Shown piece after piece: positions 28,073-37,576 of a stretch of 64,000 bases of DNA. The notes under the pieces are model-generated. The model was not told the origin of the DNA. It made no database searches and worked only from the letters and a program-made list of their open reading frames with translations. How positions within the stretch are numbered: position 1 is the first letter of the stretch; each line of letters opens with the position of its first letter. A program made the translations under genes and the position numbers. Where the stretch lies: positions 1,181,297-1,245,296 of the forward strand of contig CAWHDJ010000018.1 in assembly GCA_963827955.1 (NCBI GenBank), written 5' to 3'. This DNA comes from an uncultured delta proteobacterium (GTDB taxonomy: Bacteria > Myxococcota_A > Polyangia > Polyangiales > Polyangiaceae).

Positions 28073-28354
28073 ATGGCGGAGGAGCGAAGGGCCCGCACCA
28101 AGCACGCAAGCCACGTGAGCGTCCGCCTCGACGCGGCGACGATGATCCGCGTGGAGGCCGTGGCCCCGCTCTTCTCGACGGAGTGGCGCACCGCCTCCCG
28201 CTCGGACGTGCTGCGCGGGCTGATCCTCGACGCGCTGGATCGGTTCGAGCAAGGCGCCCGGCCCGAGGGGTGGCGGGGTGCCGCGCCGGAGAAGGCGGGG
28301 GCGAAGCCTGCGGCGGGGAAGAAGGGGAAGCGAGGGGCGAAGCCGAAGCGGTAG
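28073..28354 (+). CDS. ribbon-helix-helix (CopG/Arc-like) DNA-binding protein with Lys-rich tail
   Basis: MAEERRARTKHASHVSVRLDAATMIRVEAV...SRSDVLRGLILDALDRFE follows the beta-strand, helix, helix pattern of RHH proteins. It converges on the low-GC island. Confidence 0.4.
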   Translation: MAEERRARTKHASHVSVRLDAATMIRVEAVAPLFSTEWRTASRSDVLRGLILDALDRFEQGARPEGWRGAAPEKAGAKPAAGKKGKRGAKPKR

Positions 28355-28356
28355 GC

Positions 28357-28941
28357 TCAGACGCAGAGCGTCGATAGCCAGTAATCCGCTCCGTCGCTGA
28401 GGTGGGCGACCTGGAGCGGGAGGCGCCCCTTCGTCGTCGCATAGGCCATCCTTCCGGGCCTCGGGCCGGACTTGGACACCGCGTGGTGACTGAAGACGAT
28501 CCCGCGGTACTCGACGCGAGGTTTTCCAAGGTCCGCGTGATGACCCACCATTGCGAGGAAGTAATCGGCGAGGAGCCTCGCGTTCTCGAGCTGGTCGATG
28601 GCGCCCTCCAGTTTCCCCGATTTGAGCTCGCACAGGAGCACGTAGAGCACGGGGTCATCCTCCCCCTGCTCGCAGAATATCCAGTAATCGCACATGCGCG
28701 CGACGCCTTCGATCTCGCGGAATAGCGGGAACAGCCGGTCCTTGACGCAGATCGGCTGACCCCTCGGGCCGAAGGAGATCTTCGCGTTGAAGGAGACCAC
28801 CACGCACTTGCCCGATTGGTGGATCCTCACGGGCTTGCACGTGCTGCCTTCGTCCTCCTCGCGCAGCTCGTTGTCCGTCACCACGAGGCCATGGCGGAGC
28901 ACCTCGTCGACGGCCTGGAGCCAGCGGGAGCCCTTACCCAT
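28357..28941 (-). CDS. hypothetical protein, partner of the AAA_21 ATPase (possible effector; acidic cluster CEQGEDD)
   Basis: It is 194 aa and its start overlaps the ATPase stop by 8 bp. GC is about 62%, against about 72% in the flanks. No HNH motif is seen. Confidence 0.45.
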   Translation of the reverse strand: MGKGSRWLQAVDEVLRHGLVVTDNELREEDEGSTCKPVRIHQSGKCVVVSFNAKISFGPRGQPICVKDRLFPLFREIEGVARMCDYWIFCEQGEDDPVLYVLLCELKSGKLEGAIDQLENARLLADYFLAMVGHHADLGKPRVEYRGIVFSHHAVSKSGPRPGRMAYATTKGRLPLQVAHLSDGADYWLSTLCV

Positions 28942-30280
28942 TGAGGGCCACGTAGATCTGCTGGGACACCGCGTTCAACTTGTTGATCTCCTCCTCGATG
29001 GTACGCGCCTCGAACCCTTCCTCGGTCACGGGCACGTTCTCGGCCGTGCCGCCCTGGAACAGGTACACGCCGAGCTTGGACGGGCTCAGCAGCTCGGCGT
29101 CGGCGTAGCCGAGCTCGGCGCGCAGATCCTTGATGGGCTGCGTGTCGCGAGAGAGGAGGACGAGGTTGTTCAGCTCGCGCAGGATGTAGTCGCTGTGCGT
29201 GCTCATGATCATGCGCAGGCCCCGGTTCACCGCCTTGGCGAGCACGCGAGCCACCTTCCGCTGATTATCCGGGTGGAGGTTCAGCTCGGGCTCGTCGATC
29301 ATGAGGAGGTCGCCCTTCCTGGCGATGTGGCGGAGAAAGAAGACGAGCCGCACGAGCGATTTGACGATGGAGGAGGAGAGGTGGATGCCGAGCGTCGCTG
29401 GCGCACCTTCCGGCTTGAATCCAACCTCGCCTTCTTTGGACAAATAGACGGCGCCGCCGAGGAGCGTCTCGAGCTCGACGGCCAGATCGGCGAACTCACC
29501 CTTCCCTTTTGCGAGGCGAACGAGATCATTCGCCATGCGAAGACTATCCTGTATCGGCCACGGATAGCGTCCGACATCGCGTGTGAGCGACATGGGCTCC
29601 GGTTGTGCATCGATTTTCGCCTCGACGATCCTGTCCACGAGCTCCATGCGGCGGGTAGAAAGCTCTTTCGCGAACATATCCACATCGACGCGCTCCGTGG
29701 GCAGGATCGCGCAATATGGCCAGCATGTCTTCATCACGATCGTGCCCAGTTCATCTCCAATTCCATCGGCCAGCACGTCCATCAGAGCGGACGGGATCTG
29801 AGTGAAAGGAACAGATTTGGGGGAATCGCGGTGAAAGGCATACGCAACCAGTGCGCGCCCTTGGATGTAAATGCGGACCTGATATTCTCCAGAATACGCA
29901 TATCCGATCGGGCTCACCATGCCCCAGCTTGGCTCGTTCGCTCCAGCGCGCAGCACGACTCGGACGTCTGCAAAATACTGCCGCTCGGCGGCGAAACACA
30001 GGTGTAGGCGGCTCGCGAGCTGGTCGGCCGCCTCTGCGAGGATGCGGGGCCACAGTGCGGCGATGCGCTCGATGGGGATCGCTTGCTGCGGCGACGCCAG
30101 CATCTCGCCCGCGAGCTCGTGGAATACCTTGGGCGCGCTGGGCGACCGGAAGAGCCCGTATACGCTCCACGCCACGTACGTCTTCCCCGTGCCGTTCGGC
30201 CCGGTCAGCAGGATCATCTCCTTCGAGAGATCGACCTCCGCCTCGCGCAGCGGGCCCAGGTTTTCGACGCGGAAGAACAT
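28934..30280 (-). CDS. AAA_21/AAA_15 ABC-type ATPase (OLD/AbiL/PARIS/Septu-like ATPase component)
   Basis: It starts at MFFRVENLGPL. It has Walker A LTGPNGTGKTY, Walker B LLMIDEPELNLHP and H-loop IMSTHSDY, and is low-GC relative to the surroundings. Confidence 0.65.
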   Translation of the reverse strand: MFFRVENLGPLREAEVDLSKEMILLTGPNGTGKTYVAWSVYGLFRSPSAPKVFHELAGEMLASPQQAIPIERIAALWPRILAEAADQLASRLHLCFAAERQYFADVRVVLRAGANEPSWGMVSPIGYAYSGEYQVRIYIQGRALVAYAFHRDSPKSVPFTQIPSALMDVLADGIGDELGTIVMKTCWPYCAILPTERVDVDMFAKELSTRRMELVDRIVEAKIDAQPEPMSLTRDVGRYPWPIQDSLRMANDLVRLAKGKGEFADLAVELETLLGGAVYLSKEGEVGFKPEGAPATLGIHLSSSIVKSLVRLVFFLRHIARKGDLLMIDEPELNLHPDNQRKVARVLAKAVNRGLRMIMSTHSDYILRELNNLVLLSRDTQPIKDLRAELGYADAELLSPSKLGVYLFQGGTAENVPVTEEGFEARTIEEEINKLNAVSQQIYVALNG

Positions 30281-30397
30281 CGCCCGGGCACCATACCCGC
30301 GGCGCCCCAGGCCCGGCAAGCCGCCGGCCGACCAGCCCCGACGCAGACGCCCGTCCCGGGCGCCGCGCCGTCATGCGAGCGCGTTTGCGTGACGGTC

Positions 30398-30460
30398 GGC
30401 GTCTCTCGCGATGGCGCGAGCGCCTCTCGCGATGACGCGAGCACCTCCCGCGATGGCGCG
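30398..30460. promoter_or_regulatory. 3 x 21-bp tandem palindromic repeats (CTCTCGCGATGGCGCGAGCGC; core TCGCG-N4-CGCGA) in the divergent ATPase/MVP intergenic region
   Basis: Direct reading. Each unit contains a perfect 5-4-5 inverted repeat, which is operator-like. It sits 120-180 bp upstream of the ATPase start and about 110 bp upstream of the MVP start. Confidence 0.45.
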
Positions 30461-30566
30461 AGCGCTTCTCGGGTAACGCGCTCGCGCTGACGCGTTGCGT
30501 TGCCAGGCCCATCCGACGAGCACGCGCGTCCCGCTCCTGGTGCCCATTCCGGTGTAGCCTTCCCCC

Positions 30567-33434
30567 GTGACAGAGCGCACGAGCCGCAAGATCCCCGTCA
30601 CCGAACGCCAGTTCCTCTGGGTCCAGGACGACGACAAGGGCGAGGTCACCCTCCACGTCGGCCCCACGATGGTCTCGCCCACCGCGGCGGACCGCGTTGT
30701 CGTCGACGACGGTGAGGGCGGGTTCCGGGAGGACCTCTCGGGCCGGCCCCAGCAGATGGTGGAGCTCAGCGACAGCCAGTACGCGGTGCTCTTCAACCCG
30801 CTGGGGGAGAACGACGGGGGCCCGAACGGGAAGTTCCGCGCCGGCCGCAACGAGTCGCGCCCGGTGCGCAACGGCACGCGGGCGATGATCCCCGGCCCGT
30901 GCAGCTTCTACCTGCGCCCCGGGCAGCGGATCGACGTGCGCGACGCGCACGAGCTGGCGTCGAACCAGTACCTCGTCGTCAAGGTGTACGGCGAGGTCGA
31001 CACCACCGCGCCCTTCTTCCAGGTCACGGCGCGATCCGCCACCATCACCCGCGCCACGGCCGAGAGCCCCATCGCCCCCGGCAGCACCTCGCCCGACGGC
31101 GACGCGCGCGACGTCGTGCTCAAGCGCGGCCAGCTCATCGTCATCCGCGGCCTCGACACCCAGTTCTACATCCCGCCGACCGGCGTCGACATCGTGCCCG
31201 ACACCTCCGTCGACGACTCCGGCGCGGGCCTCAACGCCGCCGCCGCCCAGCGCCTCCTCGCCGCCCTCGCGCCCCCGCCTCCGCCTCCGCAGGCCGATCC
31301 GGCGGCCGTGGGCGGCGCCTTCGGCGCGCCCGCGATGAAGGCCGAGGCCGCCTACGACGAAGAGCGCGCCGAGGAGCCCGAGCAGCAGCAGACCCGCGCC
31401 CCGCGCCGCGCCGCCCCCGTCGTCGACCAGACCGCGCGCTCCCGCCAGCGCGTCATGCCTGCCGCCGCCGCAGCGCCCCCCGGCTTCGGTCCTCCTTCAC
31501 CTCCGCCGGCGCCGGCGCCCCAGCCGTTCCCGCCCCCGCAGACGCTCTCCGAGCTGGGATTGCTCGCCGCCGTGCGCCGCGCCCTGGAGCGCGAGGCCCG
31601 CCAGGCCCGCCTCGTGCGCCAGGCCGTCGTGCTCGGCGAGAAGGAGTACTGCGTCATCGTCGACGCCGACGGCAAGCGCGAGATCAAGGTCGGCCCGGCC
31701 CGCGTCTTCCCCGGCCCCTACGACGTCTTCATGGTCGAGGGCTCGAAGAACCGCGTCTACGACGCGTACGAGCTGCTCCCCCAGCGCGCCCTCTGGCTCC
31801 GCGTCATCGCCCCCATCTCGCGCGACGACCTCGCCGCCCGCCTCCCGCGCGGCTTCGCCCTCGACAAGGACCAGTACTACCCCGGCGACGAGCTGCTCCT
31901 CACGGGCGTCTCCACCTTCTTCGTCCCGTTCAACGAGATCGAGGTCCTCTCCCCGCAGACGGGCGAGGCCGTCGTCGGCAACGATCACCGCACCGTCTTC
32001 ATCGAGGCCATCGGCATCGACCAGAAGAGCGGCATCTACGTCCGCGATCTGGCCACCGGGGAGGTGCGGCTCGTCCGCGGCAAGCAGAGCTACCTCGTCG
32101 ATCCGCGCAAGGAGGTGCAGATCACCCGCACCGTCTCCGCGACGGACTGGAACCTGTGGATTGCCGGCAACGAGCCGCACAAGCGCACGGGCGCGCCCAT
32201 CACGACGCCGTGGGCCCTCTCCATCGTCGTGCCCCACAACATGGCCGCCCTCGCGACGTCGGCCGACGGCCAGCGCGTCATCCTCGGCCCGTGCGTGACC
32301 TTGCTCGGGTACGAGGAGACGCTGACCTCCATCCTGCTCTCGACGGGCACCCCCAAGTCGGATCAGGACCCGCTCCGCACCTCTTTCCTCCGCGTCGGCG
32401 GCAACCGGATCAGCGACGCGATCACCGTCGAGACGCTCGACTTCGTCGCCATCAGCGCCAAGGTCTCGCTCTCCGTCACCTTCCTCCAGGAGCAGAAGGA
32501 TCGCTGGTTTTACCACGAGAACTACGTGCAGGTCCTCGTCGACCACCTCCGGTCCATCGTCCGGAGCCGCTGCCGGACGCTGCCGCTGTCCACGCTCTGG
32601 CCGCAGATCCCCGCCGTCGTGCGCGACACGATCCTCGGCGAGAAGAGCGCGGCCGGCGGGCGCCCGGGGCGCGCGTTCCCGGAGAACGGGATGGTCGTGA
32701 CGGAGGTGGAGGTGCTCTCCGCCAACATCGTTGACAAGTCGATCGCCGCGCAGATGCAGCGGGTGCAGTCGGAGTTCGTGACGCTCCAGATCGGAGACCG
32801 CCAGGCGCAGGAGGCCCTCGCCTCCGCGCGCCTCCGCGCCGACATCAAGCGCCAGCACCAGGAGCTGGAGCAGGAGGCGCGGGAGCGGGAGGCGAGGCTC
32901 GAGGAGCAAGCGCGGCGGACGGCGCACGAGGTGAGCGTGGCGCGGGTGAAGGACGAGGAGTCGCTGCGGCGCGAGCAGCAGGCGCTCGGCGACGCGCGCG
33001 AGGCGGCGGCGCTCGCGGCGCGGCTCGGGCGGCAGGCGGACGAGCGCGACGCCGAGCGGGCCAACCTGGAGAAGTCGGCGGCCGCGCAGGCGGCGGCGAG
33101 GCGCGTGGTGGACGCGGCCGACGTGGAGAACCGGCGGGCGCTGCGCGATCTGGAGGTGCTGCTGATCCAGGCAGAGAGCGCGGCGACGGTGGCCGAGCGG
33201 CAGGCCGTGCAGGCGGGGCTCGTCGAGGCGCTCACGGCGCTCGGCGACAAGGCGCTGCTCGGCGAGGTCGCGCAGAACATGAACCTCGTCACCCTCTTCA
33301 AGGGCAAGGACGTGGGCACCATCCTCGCCGAGGTGCTCGGCGGCACGCCGGCGATGCCCGCCGTGCAGGCCCTGCGCGCGAAGTTCGCCTCGGCGCTCAC
33401 GACCGGCAGCACCCAGCCCGACGACGCCGGCTGA
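30567..33434 (+). CDS. major vault protein (MVP) homologue
   Basis: The 955-aa ORF is intact. From my recollection of the human MVP sequence, it shares blocks in the N-terminal repeats, the shoulder region and a coiled-coil cap-helix region at the C-terminus, for example: HVGPTMV / [31 protein letters not shown] / [46 protein letters not shown] / [30 protein letters not shown]...[27 protein letters not shown] / RVPHNAAV...[41 protein letters not shown] / VFPQNGLVVSSVDV. GC and codon usage look native. Confidence 0.8.
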   Translation: [955 protein letters not shown]

Positions 33435-33513
33435 CGGGCGGGCTCACGCGCGGCCGTGGTTGCGTGCCGAGCCTGCGTGACGCTACCGTGTCGCCGAGCG
33501 AGCCACCGAGACC

Positions 33514-35806
33514 ATGCCCAAGGACGCCCCCGGACATCGCTTTCGTTTCTTTCGCGCCGGCGGATTCGATCAGGTCCGCCTCGACCGTGGGGAGGACATC
33601 CTGGCCCTCCAGGAGCTGGATCAGAAGCTCTGGGTCGCGCTGGGCTGCCCGATCCACGGCCTCGAGTTCGACGAGAAGACGCTCTCGCTGATCGACACGG
33701 ACAAGGACGGCCGCATCCGCGCGCCGGAGATCCTCGCGGCCATCAAGTGGGTCGGCTCGGTGCTCAAGAGCCCGGACAGCCTGCTCAAGCGGCTGCCCTC
33801 GCTCCCGCTCGCGGCCATCGACGGCAAGAGCGAGGAGGGCAAGCGGCTGCTCTCGTCGGCGAAGCGGATCCTCGCGAACCTCGACAAGAAGGGCGCCGAG
33901 GAGATCTCGCTCGACGACACGACGGACACGGCGAAGGTCTTCGCCGCGACCAAGTTCAACGGCGACGGCATAGTCCCCGCCACGTCCTCGGACGACCCGT
34001 GGCTCGCGAAGGCGATCGAGGACGTCATCGCGTGCGCCGGCTCGGTCGTCGACCGCAGCGGCGCCCCCGGCGTCTCGCAGGAGAAGGTCGACGCGTTCTT
34101 CGCCGAGGCGGAGGCGTTCGCGGCCTGGTGGGCCGAGGCCGACGACGACGCGGCGAACGTGCTGCCGCTCGGCGAGCGCACCGCGGCCGCCGCCGACGTG
34201 ATCCGCGCCGTGCGGGCGAAGATCGACGACTACTTCACGCGCACGCGCCTCGCCGCCTTCGACCTCCGAGCGGTGAAGGCGCTGAACCGCGACGAGGCCG
34301 AGTACGTCGCCCTCGCGGCGCAGCAGCTCTCCGCCTCGGCCGACGAGGTCGCCTCCTTCCCCATCGCCCACGTCGAGGCGGATCGCGCCCTGCCGCTCCG
34401 CGCGGGGCTGAACCCCGCGTGGGCCCCGGCCATCAAGAAGCTGGTGGCGGAGGTCGTGGTGCCCGTGCTCGGCGACAAGACGGAGCTGACCGCCGACGAC
34501 TGGCGATCGCTCTCCGCGCGCTTCGACGCGTTCGAGGCGTGGCGCGGGCGGAAGAAGGGCGCGACGGTGGAGCCGCTCGGGCGCGATCGGGTCAAGGAGC
34601 TCCTCGAAAGGGGGGCCAAGGCGCAGATCGAGGCGCTCATCGCCGAGGACAAGGCGCTGGAGGACGAGGCGAACGCCATCGACCAGGTGGACAAGCTCGT
34701 CCGGTACCACCGCGACCTCCACGCGCTGCTCAACAACTTCGTCACCTTCCGCGACTTCTATTCGAAGAAGAAGAAGGCGCTCTTCCAGGCGGGCACCCTG
34801 TACCTCGACGGCCGGAGCTGCGAGCCTCTGCGTCAAGGTCGCCGACGCCGCCGCGCACGCCACGCTCGCGACGCAGAGCGGCACCTACCTCGTCTACTGC
34901 GAGTGCGTGCGCAAGGGCACGGGGGAGAAGATTGTCATCGCCGCCGCCATGACGGGCGGCGACGCCGACGACCTGATGGTCGGCCGCAACGGCATCTTCT
35001 ACGACCGCAAGGGCAACGACTGGGACGCGACCATCATCAAGCTGATCCAGCACCCCATCAGCACGCGGGAGGCGTTCTGGCTCCCCTACAAGCGGGTGGC
35101 GAAGCTCATCGGCGATCAGGTCGAGAAGTTCGCGTCGACGCGCGACAAGGAGATGCAGGACAAGGCGGCGACGAGCATCGCCGAGACGGGCAAGGCGGCG
35201 GAGGGCCCGCCTGCCGCGGCCGCTCCCGCTGCCCCGCCGGCGCCCGCGCCGGGCGCGGCGGCGGCCCCGCCCGCGAAGCCGGCGTTCGAGATCGGGGCGC
35301 TGGCGGCCATCGGGCTCGCGATCGGCGCCGTCGGCTCCGCGGTCGCCGCGGTGGCGACCGGCTTCCTGGCGCTGTCGTGGTGGCAGATGCCGCTCGCGAT
35401 CGGGGGCGTGCTCCTCGCGATCTCCGGGCCCTCGGTCATCCTCGCCTGGCTCAAGCTGCACCGGCGCAACATCGGGCCGCTGCTCGACGCGAACGGCTGG
35501 GCCGTGAACGCGCGGGCCAAGCTGAACATCCCGTTCGGCAGCTCCCTCACGGGGGTCGCGGCGCTCCCGGCCAACGCGGAGCGATCCCTCGAGGACCCGT
35601 TCGCCGATCCGAAGCCGGTCTGGCCCCGCTACGTCGCCGCGATCGCCGTGATCGGCGCCCTCGGCGCAGCGTGGCACTACGGGTACCTGTCGATGCTGTG
35701 GGCGAAGGTCACCGCGCCGCCGGCGCCCCGCCCCGTCGCGAGCGCCGCCCCGCTGGCTTCCGCCGCGCCACCGGCGCCCGCCGCGCCCGCGGCGCCCCAC
35801 AAGTAA
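33514..35806 (+). CDS. hypothetical membrane-anchored protein (EF-hand-like loop DTDKDGRIRAPE; C-terminal TM hairpin), frameshift near 34830
   Basis: It is 80 bp downstream of MVP on the same strand. The first 430 aa are in ORF 33514.. and the remainder in ORF 34907..35806 (LCVKVADAAAH...). Two C-terminal TM helices (AFEIGALAAIGLAIGAVGSAVAAV, LAIGGVLLAISGPSVILAWL) are followed by an Ala/Pro-rich tail. Confidence 0.5.
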
Positions 35807-35848
35807 CGCGGGGCGCCCGTCACGCTGGGGCCGCGAGCGGCCCCAGGG

Positions 35849-36274
35849 TCAGTTGTTGACGCGCTGGAAGAGCACCACGTCCCCGGACGGGGCCTCGGGC
35901 GCGGTGTCCTGCTCCACCGTGACCTGGAGGTCGAACGCCGTCACGGGGACGCTCGCGCCCTCGATGCTGCCCTTGCGCGCGCCGTCGTCGTACTTCATCG
36001 CCCCCACGCGGTGCCACTTGGGCTTGTCGGCCTTGGTCCAGACGACGAAGCCCTTCCCACCGGGGCCGAGGCGATCCGGCGGCGCGAGGTGCTCGATCTC
36101 GATCTTGAGCGTGGTGAACGAGCCGTCCTTGTTCACGTCGGCGACGATCTTCGCGTCCATCTCCGGCGCCTTCGGGCTGCCGTGGACGGCGTACTTCAGC
36201 GGCCCGCCGCACCCGGCGAGGGCGGCTGCAAGGAACACCAAGGATCCTGTGATCTTCCACCTGTTGACGTGCAT
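35849..36274 (-). CDS. lipoprotein, hypothetical
   Basis: It starts at the internal M (MHVNRWKITGSLVFLAAALAGCGG, lipobox LAGC); 141 aa. Confidence 0.5.
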   Translation of the reverse strand: MHVNRWKITGSLVFLAAALAGCGGPLKYAVHGSPKAPEMDAKIVADVNKDGSFTTLKIEIEHLAPPDRLGPGGKGFVVWTKADKPKWHRVGAMKYDDGARKGSIEGASVPVTAFDLQVTVEQDTAPEAPSGDVVLFQRVNN

Positions 36275-36719
36275 GGGATCTCCTGACAGTGGGGCCGGCC
36301 GAATAGCACACGGGGCCGATGCCCCGGAAGCCCTTTCAGGCGGCGCCCGCCGCATGGCGTCGCCCTCATCCGCAGCGCACACCGCCGGAGACCAGCGCGA
36401 GGATCGCCGCCGCGAGGGCCGCGAGGCCCACGCACGCCAGCGCGGCGCCCGGAGCCAGGACGACCGCCGCGAGGAGCGCGCCCGGCCGCGCACGGCGCGC
36501 CGCAGGGAGGACCACGCGGGGGACTCCAGCGTCGCGGTGCAGGCGAAGGGGAAGGTGGCCGGGGCGCTCCGGGGGAGGGTGGGCTCGTCGTCGTCGAGGA
36601 AGGCGGGCGGGCGTAGAATCTCGCAGGGTGTCGGGGGCGTGGGTCATGCCCCTCCATCGACGGAGGCGGGGCCAGAGTTGCGTGGGCATGCCGGAAAAAC
36701 GACCGGGCCCTCGAAAATC

Positions 36720-37532
36720 TTACCAGGCGAGCGGCTCCCGATCCTCGAAGACGCCCCCTTGCGGCCCGCCCGGGGGCAGGAGCGCGAGCCACACCGGCGT
36801 ATCCGCGCCCTCCTCCACGCTGCGGGGCGCGTGGGCGCCCCCCATCCGGGTCTTCACCCAGCCCGGCCCGGCCGCGTTGCAGAGGATTCCGCGCCCATCC
36901 CGCGAGAGGCTCCGCCCGTAGATGCCGGTGAGCGCGTTGACCCCCATCTTCGAGACCCGGTACGCCGACGAGGGCCAGCCGTCCTTCCGGTGCGTGCCCG
37001 CGGCCACCCCCTCGACGAACCCCTTCATGAGCGCGTCCAGCTCCTCGCGCCGCAGATCGGGGGCGTGGAGCCGCGCGCGCAGGGGAGCGGGCAGGTCGTT
37101 CGTGCCGCCGAGGCCGCTCGTGACGTTCACGATGCGCCCGCCGGGGCGCACGAAGGGGAGGAGCGCGTCCGTCACGCGCTCGATGCCGAGGTAGTTCACG
37201 TCGATCGTCGTCCTGGCGATCTCGGCGTCGAGCCCATCGAACATCACGCCCGCGTTGTTCACGAGCACGTCGAGGCCGCCGTGCGCCTCCCGGACCCACG
37301 CCGCCAGCGCGCGGACGGTCTCCTCCCGCGCCACGTCGACGTGCCGCGCCTCGGCGGCGATCCCCTCGCCTTCGAGCGCCCGCGCCGCCTCGCGCCCGTC
37401 GCGCTCCACGCGGCTGCCGACGACCACGCGCACCCCCTTCTTGCCGAGCTGGCGGGCGATCGAAAGCCCGATGCCGCGGTTGGCCCCGGTCACGATCGCG
37501 AGCTTCGTCGTGCCATTCATGACCGCCAACAT
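36720..37532 (-). CDS. SDR family oxidoreductase (carbonyl reductase-like)
   Basis: It has IVTGANRGIGLSIARQL (TGxxxGIG), NNAG and YRVSK (YxxxK). Confidence 0.65.
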   Translation of the reverse strand: MLAVMNGTTKLAIVTGANRGIGLSIARQLGKKGVRVVVGSRVERDGREAARALEGEGIAAEARHVDVAREETVRALAAWVREAHGGLDVLVNNAGVMFDGLDAEIARTTIDVNYLGIERVTDALLPFVRPGGRIVNVTSGLGGTNDLPAPLRARLHAPDLRREELDALMKGFVEGVAAGTHRKDGWPSSAYRVSKMGVNALTGIYGRSLSRDGRGILCNAAGPGWVKTRMGGAHAPRSVEEGADTPVWLALLPPGGPQGGVFEDREPLAW

Positions 37533-37576
37533 AGCGCCTCGGGGCGCCTCGGGCTTCCGGGAGCCGTCCACCACTC

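Noticed and set aside
36366-36689. A 107-aa minus-strand ORF in the 445-bp intergenic region, with a C-terminal hydrophobic segment.
   Set aside because: Its N-terminal two-thirds is Arg/Pro-rich, typical of a GC artefact. It is a possible small membrane protein, but not supportable.
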